Translations under genes and position numbers: made by a program
Notes under the pieces: model-generated
Databases searched by the model: none
Seen by the model: the letters and a program-made list of their open reading frames with translations, nothing else
Told to the model about the DNA's origin: nothing
Part shown: positions 33,825 to 53,408 of the stretch, in pieces
Layout: every line of letters begins with the position of its first letter
Numbering within the stretch: position 1 is the first letter of the stretch
Source of the DNA: the human T2T-CHM13v2.0 reference genome, Homo sapiens
Direction: 5' to 3' (one strand)
NCBI RefSeq assembly: GCF_009914755.1
Contig: NC_060940.1
DNA: 64,000 nt

Positions 33825-34544
33825 TTAGGAGGACAAGATAAGAGGATTGCTTGAGGCCAGGAGTTAAAGACCAGCCTGGGCAACATCGTGAGACCTCGTC
33901 TCAAAGAAAAGAATCTGAAGCACAAAGAAGTGAATCAGCTTTTGCAAAATCACAGCAGCAGCAGGACACAGAATCTGGATTTGAACCCATGTACTCTTCT
34001 TTTTGTAAACAGAAAATCTCTCAAGTATAAAGCAGACAAAACACAACAAACCTCCATGTATCCATCACCCCCCAGCTTCAAAAACTATCAATTCATGGCC
34101 AGTCTTATTTCATCTTCACCCCCACCCACTCCTTCTACTTGTGGATTTTGTCAAAGCAAATCCCAGACATTCCAAGGACAAACATTTCGGTATGTACCGC
34201 TAAAGAATGAGGCTCACTGTTCCAGAACCCATGTCCCTAACCCCATGCCACTGAGATACGGTGGGAGGTCACTGGCAACCTCTGTCCCCAAGTTCTCAGT
34301 GCCCAGGTGGAGACGGAACCCAGGCCCCAGAGGAATGATGAGGTGGAAGAAACACACATAATGTAGGGTTCTCTTTAAACAAGTCTGTAGAAGAAACAGG
34401 AATAGTGGCCAGGCGTGGTGGCTCACACCTGTAACCCCAGCTCTTTGGGAGGCTGAGGTGGATGGATCACTTGGAGTCAGGAGTTCGAGACCAGCCTGAC
34501 CAACATGGTGAAACCCCGCCTCTACTAAAAACATACAGAAATTA

Positions 34545-34754
<210 letters not shown>

Positions 34755-34762
34755 CTACATAC

Positions 34763-34860
34763 TTGAAACAGCCATGGCAGCGCAAGATGTAGCTCCGGGC
34801 CTCACGAATCAGCATGCCGTTCACCGCCAGCACGTGCAGCCCCATCTGCAGCAGAACATT
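34763..34860 (-). CDS. NOB1: NOB1 exon 7 (NVLLQMGLHVLAVNGMLIREARSYILRCHGCF; first zinc-ribbon CxxC)
   Basis: tag acceptor and gtatg donor, 98 nt, manual translation. Confidence 0.96.
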
Positions 34861-35448
34861 CTACAACCACAAGTTAAAGAAGAAATCAATTTTCTTTTCA
34901 CATTTCATTTTGTAATTACAGTTAAGGGAACTTCACAAACCCTGCCTTGCCCATATTCCTTGGCTTTTGCGAAGGAAACTCAGCCTGGGGAGGCCTCTCA
35001 AGATGTGTAAACGAGGACGAAGGCCCAGGTGTCTTTCTAACACCGTCCTGGAGCCTGTGTTCGTCATTTTCCATGACCTGTCATTAGCAAGCTCTCTCAA
35101 CAGACATTTTATTTTGTCTGGGCCAAATATACTCATTGCTGGGCTGAAAACCCTCTCTCCCTGTGTTAAGAACCTGACTGACCACATGGCATTATATATA
35201 CTGAAAAAAAAATCATAAAAAAATCATAAATAGTAAACGTTAAACATTTAATGTACTATACAAATGTTGTCATTATATGACGATTGTCTAGCCTCTAAGC
35301 AAAACTAAAAATCACCAAATGGCACAGGTGGTTTCCAGAACCAGGAAAAGAAGCGCTGCACAGCACCAGTTCCGTGTACATCTGTACACCTCGGTAGGAC
35401 CACTGCCGATGACGTGTGTGACACACGGCCCAGGCCCACCCTACCCAC

Positions 35449-35649
35449 CTGCATGGCGAAGTCTGTGGTCAGGCAGCCAACCTGCACGTCCTCGGGGACG
35501 TCACACTGCTCCAGCTCCTGCTGGATCTGCTTGATGTTACTGGGGGTTATCCAGCCACCCCCGTCGTCATCGCTGTCATCTTTTCTGTCTTCAAACCCGT
35601 TTTCTTCCTCCTCCTCCTCCTCACTTGGAACGTCCTCACCTCTGTCAAT
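35449..35649 (-). CDS. NOB1: NOB1 exon 6 (IDRGEDVPSEEEEEEE...GGGWITPSNI...TTDFAMQ)
   Basis: Acidic insert plus the WITP and TDFAMQ motifs of NOB1; 201 nt. Confidence 0.97.
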
Positions 35650-35743
35650 CTGAAACATCAACAGACCTTTCAAACTCCCAACCCACAGGAGCAGTGGAGG
35701 AGAAGTTGAGCTGTCGTCAGAAGACCAAAAGTCAAGGCCTCAC

Positions 35744-35869
35744 CAGCAGCTCCTGCAGTTCATGATCGATGTTGGGCAAAGGGTTTCTCCAGAACATGAA
35801 GGAACTAAATTCCAGGTTCTCAGGCTCACAAGCTGAGTGTCCTTTTTCTGTTTCTTGTGGGGGTTTAGG
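35744..35869 (-). CDS. NOB1: NOB1 exon 5 (PKPPQETEKGHSACEPENLEFSSFMFWRNPLPNIDHELQELL)
   Basis: cag acceptor and gtgag donor, 126 nt, manual translation. Confidence 0.95.
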
Positions 35870-36089
35870 CTGAAATTAAAAGAAACAATTTTAAAACCTG
35901 AAAATTCATCTGTAGCCACCTCTCAGGTCACAGATGAAATCACATATGATATACAAGTCAGATCAGACAGGGCTGGACAAACTATGTTATTGGTCCGCGT
36001 AAATTTAGTTCACTGTGAAGAGATGACTTAGAGAGATGTGACATGTTTCAGAAAAGAGCATGAACGGCCTGGCTTGTCTAAGAAATTAC

Positions 36090-36161
36090 CTTGTAGGGCA
36101 GATGGAAACCAGAAATGTGCAGAGGTGTTTCTGGGTGCTGAATCGATGAGCTCACCTTAAC
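36090..36161 (-). CDS. NOB1: NOB1 exon 4 ([24 protein letters not shown])
   Basis: aag acceptor and gtaat donor, 72 nt, manual translation. Confidence 0.94.
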
Positions 36162-36289
36162 CTTTAAAAAAACAAAAAACATATACCTCTTGTTATCAAA
36201 ATTAAAGATATCCAGTTTTTTTTTTTGGCCGGGCACGATGGCTCATGCCTGTAATCCCAGCACTTTAGGAGGCCGAGGTGGGCGGATCA

Positions 36290-36568
<279 letters not shown>

Positions 36569-38306
36569 TCACCCAGGCCGGAGGGGAGTGGCACAACCTT
36601 GGCTCACTGCAACCTAACCTCCGACTCCCAGGTTCAAGCGATTCTCATGCTTCAGCCTCCCAAGTAGCTGGGATTACAGGTGTGCGCCACCATGCCCCAC
36701 TGATTTTTGTATTTTTTAGTAGAGATGGGGTTTCGCCATGTTGGCCAGGCTGGTCTCAAACTCCCAGCCTCAAGTGATCTGCCCATCTCAGCCTCCCAAA
36801 GCGCTGGGATTACACACAGGAGCCACCGAGCCTGGCTGACATCCAGTGTTTTAAAAAAATCAGAGAATAAAAATAAAAAAATAGCTGGGTGCAGTGGCTC
36901 ACTAACTCCCAGCCCTTAGGAAGGCTGAGGTAGGAGGATTGTTTTGGGCCAGGATTTTGAGACCAGCCTGGACAAAAGTGACACCCTGTCTCTATAAAAA
37001 AATTTTAAAATTAGCCAGGCATGGTGGTGTACACCTACAGTCCCAGCTACTCGGGAGGCTGAGGTAGGAGGACTGCTTGTGCTCAGGAGTTTGATGCTGC
37101 AGTGAGCTGTGATCAGCGCCACTGTACTCCAGCCCAGGTGATGACAGGATCCTGTCTTATTAAAATACAAACAAACAAACAAACAAAAAACAAGTGTGGT
37201 AGTTCATGCCTGTAATCTCAGCATTCTGGGAGGCCAAGGTGGGAGGATGGCTTGAGCCCAGGAGTTTGAGACCAGCCTGGGCAACACAGAGAGACCCCAC
37301 CTTTCTTAAAAAAATTTGAGGGTAGTTTCAACTAGTGCAAAAATATGAGTCCACCATAGTTTTGATGACTTTAGGCAGAGAAGATTAAGCAATTATTTGT
37401 CAACACTATTGAAAATGAATTATTATTAGGTTAAAATTTTTGACTTCTAAAATCCTCTGGCTTAGAAATAGACAATGGGTGCAGGCACAAATGTATCAGT
37501 CTCTTCAACCTAGCCACAGTGGGTAAGACCCTAAAAACACAATAGGAAGTCAAAGTTTTGAAGGAAGCAAGGTTCGAAAAAACACTTGCAAGTACTTAGT
37601 GTTCATTCTTTTTTACCTCCAGAAAGCTCTCTTTTTTTCAGACAGGGTCTCACTGTCACTCAGGCTGGAGTGCAGTGGTATGATCACAACTCACTGCAAC
37701 CTCAATCTCCTGGGCCCAAGTGATCCTCCTGCCTCAGACGGGGTTGCCCAGGCTGGTCTCAAATGCCTAGGTTCAAGTAATGCTCCTGCCTTGGCCTCCC
37801 AAAGCCCTGGGATTATAGGCATAAGCCACGGCACCTGGCCAGAAATAGTTCTTTTTTTAAAAAAAATTATTATATACAGATATATAGATTTTTATTCTTT
37901 TTGCATTTTCCAAATTTAAACCTTTCCCAAAAACCTACAGATCAAAAGAGACTAATCAGGAGGCTGAGGTGGGAGGATCACTTGAGCCCAGGAGTTCTAA
38001 GACCAGCCTGGGCAACACAGCTAGACCCTGGATCAAAGAGGGAAAAAAAAAAGGGACTGAGACACACTTGCCAATTGCAATGTATGAACCTCATTGGGAT
38101 CCTGATCCAAACAAACAAACGCTTTAACATTTACAAAATAACTGGGGAATGTGAATGTTGACTGGATATTTGATAACAGGCATTACTATTAATTTTGTGT
38201 AGGTGTAATGATGGCTTTAAAGTTTTTAAGAGTCTTGATCTTTAGAGACATACCAAGAAATATCTATCAGTGAAATAGTATACGATGTCTGAGTTTAAAA
38301 TACTCA

Positions 38307-38591
<285 letters not shown>

Positions 38592-38774
38592 CTATCTCAA
38601 AAAAAAAAAAGTACTCAGGGCTGTGGATCAGTGTAGATGAATACAGACTAGCTAAGAGATAATTGGAGGGGGGGATGATGGGAACCCTGGGTCCATTACA
38701 CTAGTCCTTCTACTTTTGTATACCTGACAGTTCCCATAATACAAAGCTTTTAAAAACCCATCCTCTTGATTTAC

Positions 38775-38905
38775 CTTCTGTGGTTCTTGTTTTAGGTGAG
38801 ACACCCCAACAAACTCTGCTTCCAACTGGTATGTGAGTGCAAGCACTTGGATGTCCGTGGCAGAGAGGCTGGGGTAGTCTCCTGTTTTCTTTGAAAACTC
38901 AGTCA
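38775..38905 (-). CDS. NOB1: NOB1 exon 3 (TEFSKKTGDYPSLSATDIQVLALTYQLEAEFVGVSHLKQEPQK)
   Basis: PIN-domain TGD..LS.TD motif; 131 nt with AG/GT boundaries. Confidence 0.97.
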
Positions 38906-39160
38906 CTGTAAACAACAGATTTACATCTTCAGTTAGAGGTAAAAAGCCATATGACCTTGGATAACCAATGGAAGTATCAAAACAATTTAGAACAGATCAA
39001 AATAATGGAAGTATCAAAACAATTTAGAAAGGATCACTATGTCATGAAAAACCTTAACACTTTCATCCATTTTCTGACCTTTTCCTACTCGCAGTTGAGA
39101 AATTTGTATTCTCCACCACCAAGATTCATGCCAGTTAGATTTACTGTAACACCCTTATCA

Positions 39161-39355
<195 letters not shown>

Positions 39356-39362
39356 CTACTCA

Positions 39363-39883
<521 letters not shown>

Positions 39884-41127
39884 TTATTCTCCAGAGTCAT
39901 CCATAATAAACACTTAAAATTTCCTGAAATTAACAGAAAGATGTCTCCTGCTACCCTGGTACAAGGAACACTAGGTATATTGCTCTTATTTCCTAAAAAA
40001 CAGACATTAGCAGCAACGAAAATTTACTGTGCACTTACTGTGTACTAGGCACTGCATTAAAAGCTTTATGTGTTAATGCATTTCATCCTTTGCCATTCTT
40101 CAAAAGTACTATTAGTATTTCCTCGGAAAGATTTAGTAAGTTGGCAAAGATCACAGAGCTACTAAGTTGGTGGAGAAAATCGTAGAAATCACAAACAGAG
40201 GAGGTAACATCATCTCCACTATCAGCCTCTAACCTCTAAAACACTTCCAACCACTGAGGGGCCTTTCCTGGGTATCACCTTGATTCCCAACAAGAGAACA
40301 ACGCTGACTCCTAAGCCAAGAGACAATTCTTTAATTTTCTTTATTTCTTATTTTTTTTGAGACAGAGTCTCGCTCTGTCGCCCAGGCTGGAGTGCAGTGG
40401 TACGATCTCGGCTCACTGCAACCTCCACCTCCAGGTTCAAGCAATTCTCCTGCCTCAGCCTCCCAAGTAGCTGGGATTACAGGAGCACACCACCACGCCC
40501 AGCTAATTTTGTATTTTTAGTAGAAGCAGGGTTTCACCATGTTGGTCAGGCTGGTCTCAAACTCCTGACCTCAGGTGATGCGCCCGCCTCGGTCTCCCAG
40601 TGCTGGGATTACAGGCCGTAAGCCACCGCGCCCAGCTTAATTTTCTTTCACATTTAATACAATGCAAAGCATTCCCTTTTTAAAGCTCTGCCAGGTGCAG
40701 ATCTTTGTATCCAGTCATCAGCCCAATCTACTGAAAAGGAATGGACGAGAGTAATAGCAAGAGATCCAAACTCTTATTTTAAATCCAAATAAATTTATTG
40801 CTTGTCTGCAAAGTGCTTGACACTGAGCTGACTGCCATATTCCTCAGTTCATGCTCACAGCAACCTTGGAGACAGATACAATTATTATTCCCATTTTGCG
40901 GATGAGGTAAACGAGGCCCAAATTTGAATGCTATGCCCGAGAGCATACAGCTAGTTACTGGAGGACTCCAGACCCAGGAAGCCTCTCTCCTACCACAATC
41001 TCCTAGAAAGTGCTGGCTCTAAATCTACTGCTCTGATAAGGCAGCTAGACCCCAACTCGCACCCAACTGGGTGCCATCTGCGCCCTGGACCCCAGCTTCC
41101 CGTCAACGCTAGGGCAGAGGCACTCAC

Positions 41128-41260
41128 CCAGCCGCACGTATTCCGGTAAGGGCTCCTTGAACCGCAGCTCGTAGGGCAGGACAGCGAGCCGCCTGCGTGT
41201 GGCCTTGTCCCGAATCTCAGTGACCACCTCCCGGATGGTGTAAATGTTCTTCCCGATGTC
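41128..41260 (-). CDS. NOB1: NOB1 exon 2 (DIGKNIYTIREVVTEIRDKATRRRLAVLPYELRFKEPLPEYVRL)
   Basis: 133 nt, cag acceptor and gtgag donor. Confidence 0.97.
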
Positions 41261-41381
41261 CTGCGGACAGAACGCCCCAGCTCAGACCCACCCGCACCAA
41301 GCAACGCTCCGCGCGACTCCACGCACTCCGGGAGGGGCGGCCAGCCCAGATCTCTCTCGTCCCGGAGGGAGCTCCCCGTAC

Positions 41382-41444
41382 CTGCAGAGCCGCATGCCGC
41401 AGGAAAGCCCCAGCATCCGCCACAACGTGCTCCACTGGAGCCAT
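41382..41444 (-). CDS. NOB1: NOB1 exon 1 coding part (MAPVEHVVADAGAFLRHAALQ); PIN endonuclease for 18S rRNA 3' end maturation
   Basis: ATG at 41444 in good Kozak context; VVADAG carries the first PIN acidic residue; gtacg donor. Confidence 0.97.
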
Positions 41445-41465
41445 GTTGGCTGCGTGAGAGGGGAG

Positions 41466-41640
41466 CGCGCATGCGCACGGAGCTTGCGCCGGCTCCTATG
41501 TCCAAGTCTGGGCCTCTGGGAACCAGGAAGAGCAGCCGCGACTTAGCTGCGCCTCCTGGCGGCCGCGCCAGCACCTCCCTGCTCTACTCGCGCGCATGCG
41601 CAGCGACGCCGCCCGCATAGCCAGAGAAGTGTGGGCGGGG
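41466..41640. promoter_or_regulatory. NOB1: NOB1 CpG promoter with two NRF1 (nuclear respiratory factor 1) motifs CGCGCATGCGCA at 41466-41477 and 41591-41602, and a GC box at about 41632-41640
   Basis: Exact matches to YGCGCAYGCGCR; no TATA box seen; CpG-rich. Confidence 0.8.
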
Positions 41641-41943
41641 TCAAACCTTGGGGGACACCTGGGAAATCGGCTTCAGCATCTAGACCTTAGTGCCTTCTTC
41701 ACCTTTGAAGATAAAACCTGCCAGGTGTAGTGGTGCGCGCCTAGAGTCCCAGCTATTAAGGAGGCTGAGGCGAAAGGATTGCCTGAGCCCTGGAATGTGA
41801 AACCAGCCTGGGCAACATAGAGAGACCCCCATCTCTTCAATAAATAAATAAATTTAAAACCTGTATATATTCTTATGGTTAAAAGTCAATCAATACAGAT
41901 TACCTAATTTCGTTATCACAGCACCCCTATGAGATAGGTACTG

Positions 41944-44942
<2,999 letters not shown>

Positions 44943-44964
44943 TAACTAAAGCCACTAGGTGTAG

Positions 44965-45270
<306 letters not shown>

Positions 45271-46878
45271 TAGAGATGAGAGTCTCATCATGTTGCCCAG
45301 GCTGGTCTGAAACTCCCAGGTTCAAGCAGTCCTTTAGCCTTGGCCTCCCAAAGTGCTGGGATTACAGGTGTGAGACACGGTGCTGTCCCTGAGCCACCTA
45401 ATTATCCATTCTGTTATACTGACTGCTGCTTATGTGCCTTCACTTCATTTTGAGCAACGTGGGGCCAGAGTCTGTCTAATTTGTCTTAATAGTCTCACCC
45501 CACCTCCCTAAGCAACACACATAATTTGGTAGCAAATAATTCCTTGCTGAATTGAACAGAAGGTGTATTTAGTGACTTCTACGTTTCCTTGCAAATCTGA
45601 AATTTTATGATTATAAGATCCGGTGAATTTTGCTGAATGTCGACTTGGGTCTTCATGCAAACTTTCTTCATGAAGTCTTCACGCCAGCTGGATTCCTCAA
45701 TTGTCATTTATCTGTCCTACCCCAAAAATCCTTCAGTGCTACTGAATATTGCCTTTCAGCAATTACCCAAATTCAGTCTTTCTCTTTTTTTGGGGTGGCG
45801 GGAAGGGGACTGAGTTTTGCTCTCGTCGCCCAGGCTGGAGCACAGTGGTGCGATCTCAGCTCACTGCCACCTCTGCCTCCCAGGTTCAACAATTCTCCTG
45901 CCTCAGCCTCCTGTGTAGCTGAGATTATGGGTGCCCGCCACCACGCCTGGCTAATTTTTGTATTTTTAGTACAGATGGGGTTTCACCATATTGGCCAGAT
46001 GGTCTCGAACTCCTGATGTACGGTGATCCACCTGCCTTGGCCTCCCAAAGTGCTAGAATTACAGGCGTGAGCCATTGCACCTGGCTCAACATTTCTCACC
46101 ACTCAGTCTCTTCATTATCTAGAACGTGCCTGTGCTACCTGCCGTAACAGAGTATGGCTGGAGGCTATTTCTCATTTTCTAGTTTATCATATCAATTTTT
46201 TTTTTTTGAGACAGAGTCTCACCCTGTCATCCAGGCTGGAGTCCAGTGTGCAATCTTGGCTCACTGCAACCTCCGCCTCCCAGGTTCAAGCGATTCTCAA
46301 GCCTCAGGCTCCTGATTAGCTGGGACTACGGGTGTGTGCCACCATGCCCAGCTAATATTTGTATTTTTTGTAGAGATGGGTTTTCACCATGTTGCCCAGT
46401 CTGATCTCGAGCCCCTGACAGTCTGATCTGCCCGCCTTGGCCTCCCAAAGTACTGGGATTACAGGTGCCAGCCACCGCACCCTGTCAGATTTTATTCTTT
46501 TAATGTGCAGTGTGTGCTCTTTGCTTGTCCCTTCTCCCCTTTGGTGAACACTTACTCAGATGCCACTAAATCTTTTCTGCAGGGTTGTTAAAAAAAAGCA
46601 ACAAAAGATAAAAAATGAAATATGAAAGAAGAAAACAAACCGAAACCAACAAATGCTAGTAAGTCAAGGAAATAGTCTCTAATTTATCTAGAACAGAATT
46701 AGTAAAACTGCCATCAATGGAACTGGAGAAGTTTTAGTTATAGTAGTTTTATAAATGAGACTAATATAGGGTTTAATGTACAAAGACAGGACTGTATCTC
46801 CTTGAAAGTTAATCTCTTGGATTTGGAGTGGTACTACAAAAAGTAGAGACTAAGTGTTCAACCTATTTATTTATTTAG

Positions 46879-47109
<231 letters not shown>

Positions 47110-47346
47110 TAATCCACCTGCCTCTGCCTCCCAAAGTGCTGGGATTACAGGCGTGAGCCTCCACGCCCCACCAGCCAATTTAATTTGTATGCATGATAGA
47201 ATCCATCCCAATTCGAAGACCCAAAAATAACAGATTAGTACAAGTCTTTGAGGCTAATTACGTCATTAGTATTAATTTTAATCAATGGTGATTAAACTGA
47301 GCCTTCATTCAACTTGTCCAGAACATCAGTCAAGAATGTCTATTTA

Positions 47347-48122
<776 letters not shown>

Positions 48123-48366
48123 TCATCTATCTATCCACCTACCTACCTACCTACCTACCTGGATTATAATTCATTAAGTTCTCTGTGCCCTGTAGTTGTA
48201 GATTAAGGGAATGCGATTGGATTAGTGTGGAGGGGCTTTTTATGGAGCCAAGCAGGAGTTTTTAAGCTTTTGTACTTTTGCTTCATGTCACAAGGACAGA
48301 TGCCCCACAAAGGCTGAGATGTTTGTGGTCCTGGATCTTAGAACAGTGCCTGGCACATAATAGGCA

Positions 48367-48544
48367 TAAGGTTGCCAGGAAATAGAAATACAGATACTCA
48401 ATTCAATTTGATCTTCAGATAATCAAAAAATACTTTTTTTAGTATAAATATGTCCCATTCTGTATTTGGGACATACATATTACACTGTTGTTTATCTGAA
48501 ATTCAAATTTAAGTGGGTGTCCTGTACTTTATCTGGCAACCCTA
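48367..48544. mobile_element. MER53-like palindromic hAT MITE just upstream of the WWP2 promoter
   Basis: Terminal inverted repeats TAAGGTTGCCAG...CTGGCAACCCTA and internal symmetry (TATGTCCCA...TGGGACATA). Confidence 0.75.
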
Positions 48545-48759
48545 CTAAAGGAGCTCAATTAAGTATTTGCTGACTTAACAGTCTGAAGGTCTCGTTTCAC
48601 CTGTAAAATGGGGCTAGTACCTGTCCCTGCCTCTATAAGGTTGATGGGCAGAGTAGGTGGCATTCAGTGAGCCCTCAATTTATTTGATTGCCTGGGACCA
48701 TCCGGTGAGCAGAAACCCTTCCACTTTCAACTACAGAGACGATAAAAAGGCCTCCTCGA

Positions 48760-49200
48760 GGCCAGAGGTGCCCAGGCCAGGCCTAGGTGGCCCGCACCTG
48801 CGAGCCTGGCCAGCCTCTTCCGGGTCAGGTGACCGCGCGCGGTCACGTGACCCGGCCCGAGTGCGGGCGGTGGAAGGCGGAAGTAGGAGAGGAGTTCGGC
48901 GCCGCTTCTGTGGCCACGGCAGGTAGCGAGCGCTGGCGCGGGGGGCGCGGTGGGCTGGCTGCCTGCACGGGGCGGGCCGGGGGCGGCGGGCGGCGCGGGG
49001 TGGGCCGGGGGCGGCGCGGCCCGGGCGTCGGGGGGCGGCGGCTTCCTGTGGGAGGGGCCTGGCGCGGCGGTTCCGGCCTCCGAGGAGGGGTGTCCCGGCT
49101 CCCGCCCGAGTGGGGTGGGCGCGCCGCGGCCCGCGCGGGGGTTGCTCCGAAATGGGTGCCCCGGCCGCCAAGGGTGCAGCTGGAGCGAGTCCTCCCGGAA
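48760..49200. promoter_or_regulatory. WWP2: WWP2 CpG-island promoter with E-box/CLEAR palindrome (48820-48855), ETS motif GGCGGAAGT (48876-48884) and G-rich tracts
   Basis: Very high GC/CpG content; motifs read directly; gene identity from recalled NQO1-NOB1-WWP2 gene order. Confidence 0.8.
48870..48922 (+). other. WWP2: WWP2 non-coding first exon (start approximate); intron 1 continues beyond the window
   Basis: GGCCACGGCAG|gtagcg donor at 48923; no coding WWP2 exon visible in the window; assignment by synteny. Confidence 0.7.
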
Positions 49201-51981
49201 GGGGAGAGGAGCTTAGGTTCCCAGGCATGGAGAGGAGCGATCTTTGTGGAGGGATCGGGACCAGGGGAAGGGGCGACTTGGAACTGAGCTGGAAGGGGGT
49301 GCCTGAAAATGGGTTTATGGCGTGGAGCCAGAGGGAAAAAGATGCTGCCTGGACCCCCTCTGAGAGTCTCTCCCTTCCTTCCTGTTTGGAAATGATTGTT
49401 ACCCGAGACTTTGATGACGGTCCCATTCAGTTTTTAAACTTCAGGAGGGATCACAGAATCTTGATCGTCTTGCTTCCCTCGCGCCCACTTAGTCCTGCGT
49501 GGGTAGGGTTTCCACTTCTTGGGAGCCTAGCCCTTCAGCTCATTTTTCTTTGAGATTTTCCCTGAACGGGCCATCATCGAGGCTTTAAAAAACAAAAAAA
49601 GAAAATAAATTAAAAAAATAAGTGTGGGCACTTTGCCTGTAAAATGGCTTTTAGCTTACACTGTTGACCTAGCCCAGCGTTACCTCAGCAACATAGTGAC
49701 TGCTGAAATCTTGGACAGAGAAGTGTCTACCTAGACTGCTTTATGACTTTTCTCTTTCTTCCGTTTAAATTATTCAGTTTCCCTTAGCTTATCTTGTGAC
49801 TGCTTATCTTGACGAACTGTAACTAGGTAGGGTGCCTGAGAGGTCTGTGTTATGTTCCTTAGAACTGTGACCTGGATCATGATTTTGAGATTGAATACTT
49901 GTGTTAAAGCCTGTTCATCTTCCTGTTTCTCATGTTTACTAAAATTTGCAGAAGCAAAAGGAGTTTCATGAGTGCAGTGTAACTGGAACGAATGTTCAAA
50001 CTGGACATTCACAGCAGCCAGCATCGTTTTGGGTTACAAGTAGGAAAAAGTACTTTCCTAATGTATTATGAGTTCAAGTTTTTGGAGTTATTTGACAAAC
50101 ATTTAAAAATTAGTTTTTGCAGCAGCGCCTATGAGTGAGGTTGGGAAGATGTATTCTCATTTCACAGGGAACAAACAGACTTACGAGAGACGACTTGATT
50201 TTTTAAAACAATTTATTGCTCTTTCTTGTTTGCTGGCCTCTTCCTGCTAGATTGCAAATCCTTCAAGGGCAGGTTTCATATTTTATTTGGCTGCTAGCCT
50301 AGTGCCTGGCATGTTGTGAGCACTTGATAAATATTTGGTGAATAAATGCATTTCTAAAAGTCACACCGGCGTAAGTGGTGACAAAGGATTTGAACCCAAG
50401 TCTTCTACTCTTTTTCTTGTCAGAGAAGCTTGTGATTATCTGTGTCATTGGTCCATATGAAAACAGGCTCGAGAGAAAGGCTTGGATTGGCTTCTCAGTC
50501 TCTTTCACTTCATGATTACTTTCCCATTTACAAAGAGCGTATACCAACATCTCACTTAACCTTCCCTTTGAAATTGGGATGGTCAGTATTGTCCCTATAT
50601 CACATGAAGAGACTGAGGCTTAATGAAGTCCTTACTTTAGATTTCAGAGCTAGTAAATGAGTAGGGACTCAAGCCCAGACCCTTAATCCTTAGATCCATT
50701 CTTTTTCATTTATTGACACAATAGAAAATTTTATTTTTATTTTATTTTGAGACAGGATCTTACTCTGTTGCCCAGGCTGGAGTGCAGTGGCACAATCACG
50801 GCTCACTGTAACCTTGACCTGCCTGGGCTCGGGTGATCCTCCCATGTCTGCCTCCCAAACAGCTGGGACTACAGGTGGGTGCCACCTCGCCTGGCTAATT
50901 TTTGTAGAGACAGGGGTTTTGCTATGTTGCCCGGGCTGTTTTCAAACTCCGGGGCTCAAGCGATCCTCCCACCTCGGCCTCTCAAAGTGTTGCAATTACA
51001 GGTGTAAGTCACCATGCCCAACTGAAAGTTTTATTTTTACATAATTTTTCAGGAATAAAAAGTGTAACATTTTAAGGAAAAAGATCACACAGAAAAAGTT
51101 GTGAATGTAGAATGTGAGTAAATGAAGTTTAGAAAACGCTGTACTCTACCATAGCTTCCTCTTCCTGGGAAAACATTCTTTCATTCAGTGAATATTTATA
51201 AGTACCCACTCTGTCTTTGCCAGGCATTGTTGTAGAGTCCAGTATGGTGTACACTAGCCACATGGGGCTGCTGAGCACTGGAGCTATGCTGTGAGCATAA
51301 AATACATTCTGGATTTTGAAGACTTAGCATGAAGAAAAGTAAAATGTCTCATTGATACTTTTTATGTTATAGTAAACGATCATATAATGTATAAACATGT
51401 ATGATAACATTTTGGATTTATTGGGTTAAATACAACGTAATTATAAATAGTTGGTCAGACATGGTGGCTCATGCCTATAATTCCAGCACTTTGGGAGGTC
51501 AAGGTGGATAGATTGCTTGAGCCCAGGAATTTGGGACCAGCCTGGGCAACATGGTGAAACCCTGTCTCTACAAAAAATACAAAAATTAGCCAGGTGCAGT
51601 GGCGCCCGCCTGGCTACTCAGGAGGCTGAGGTGGGAGGATCACCCAAGCCTGGGGAGGTGGAGGCTGCAGTGAGTTGTGATCGTGCCACTCATTGCACTC
51701 TAGCCTAGGTGACAGAGTGAGACCCTGTCTCAAAAAAAAGAAAAAGAAAAAGAAAAAAAGTTTCACCTTTTTGTCTTTTTTTTTCCCACTTAACCTTGAC
51801 TTGAAACCCAGCACTTTTTTCTTTTTAAAATGTATTTCCTAGAAAAATAAAAAATTATAAATGTGGCTTGCACTTGTGGCTCCCATCTTATTTCTATTGG
51901 ACAAACCTGTTCTGAATGCCAGGAATATAGCAGTACAAGAAAGGTAAGGATCCCCACCCTTGTGGATCTTCAATTTTATTA

Positions 51982-52425
<444 letters not shown>

Positions 52426-52499
52426 TCAAGACATCCTCCTGCCTCAGCCTCCGAAAGTGCTGAGATTACAGGCATGAACCATTGCACCTGGCTCAGTCT

Positions 52500-53408
<909 letters not shown>

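Noticed and set aside
40990-41574. 194-aa minus-strand ORF over the NOB1 5' end
   Set aside because: Alternative frame across GC-rich exons 1-2 and intron 1, with a non-ATG start; the true CDS is explained by splicing
48657-49553. Overlapping long ORFs (up to 231 aa) at the WWP2 promoter
   Set aside because: Low-complexity Arg/Gly/Pro/Ala frames expected from stop-poor CpG-island sequence; no recognisable domain
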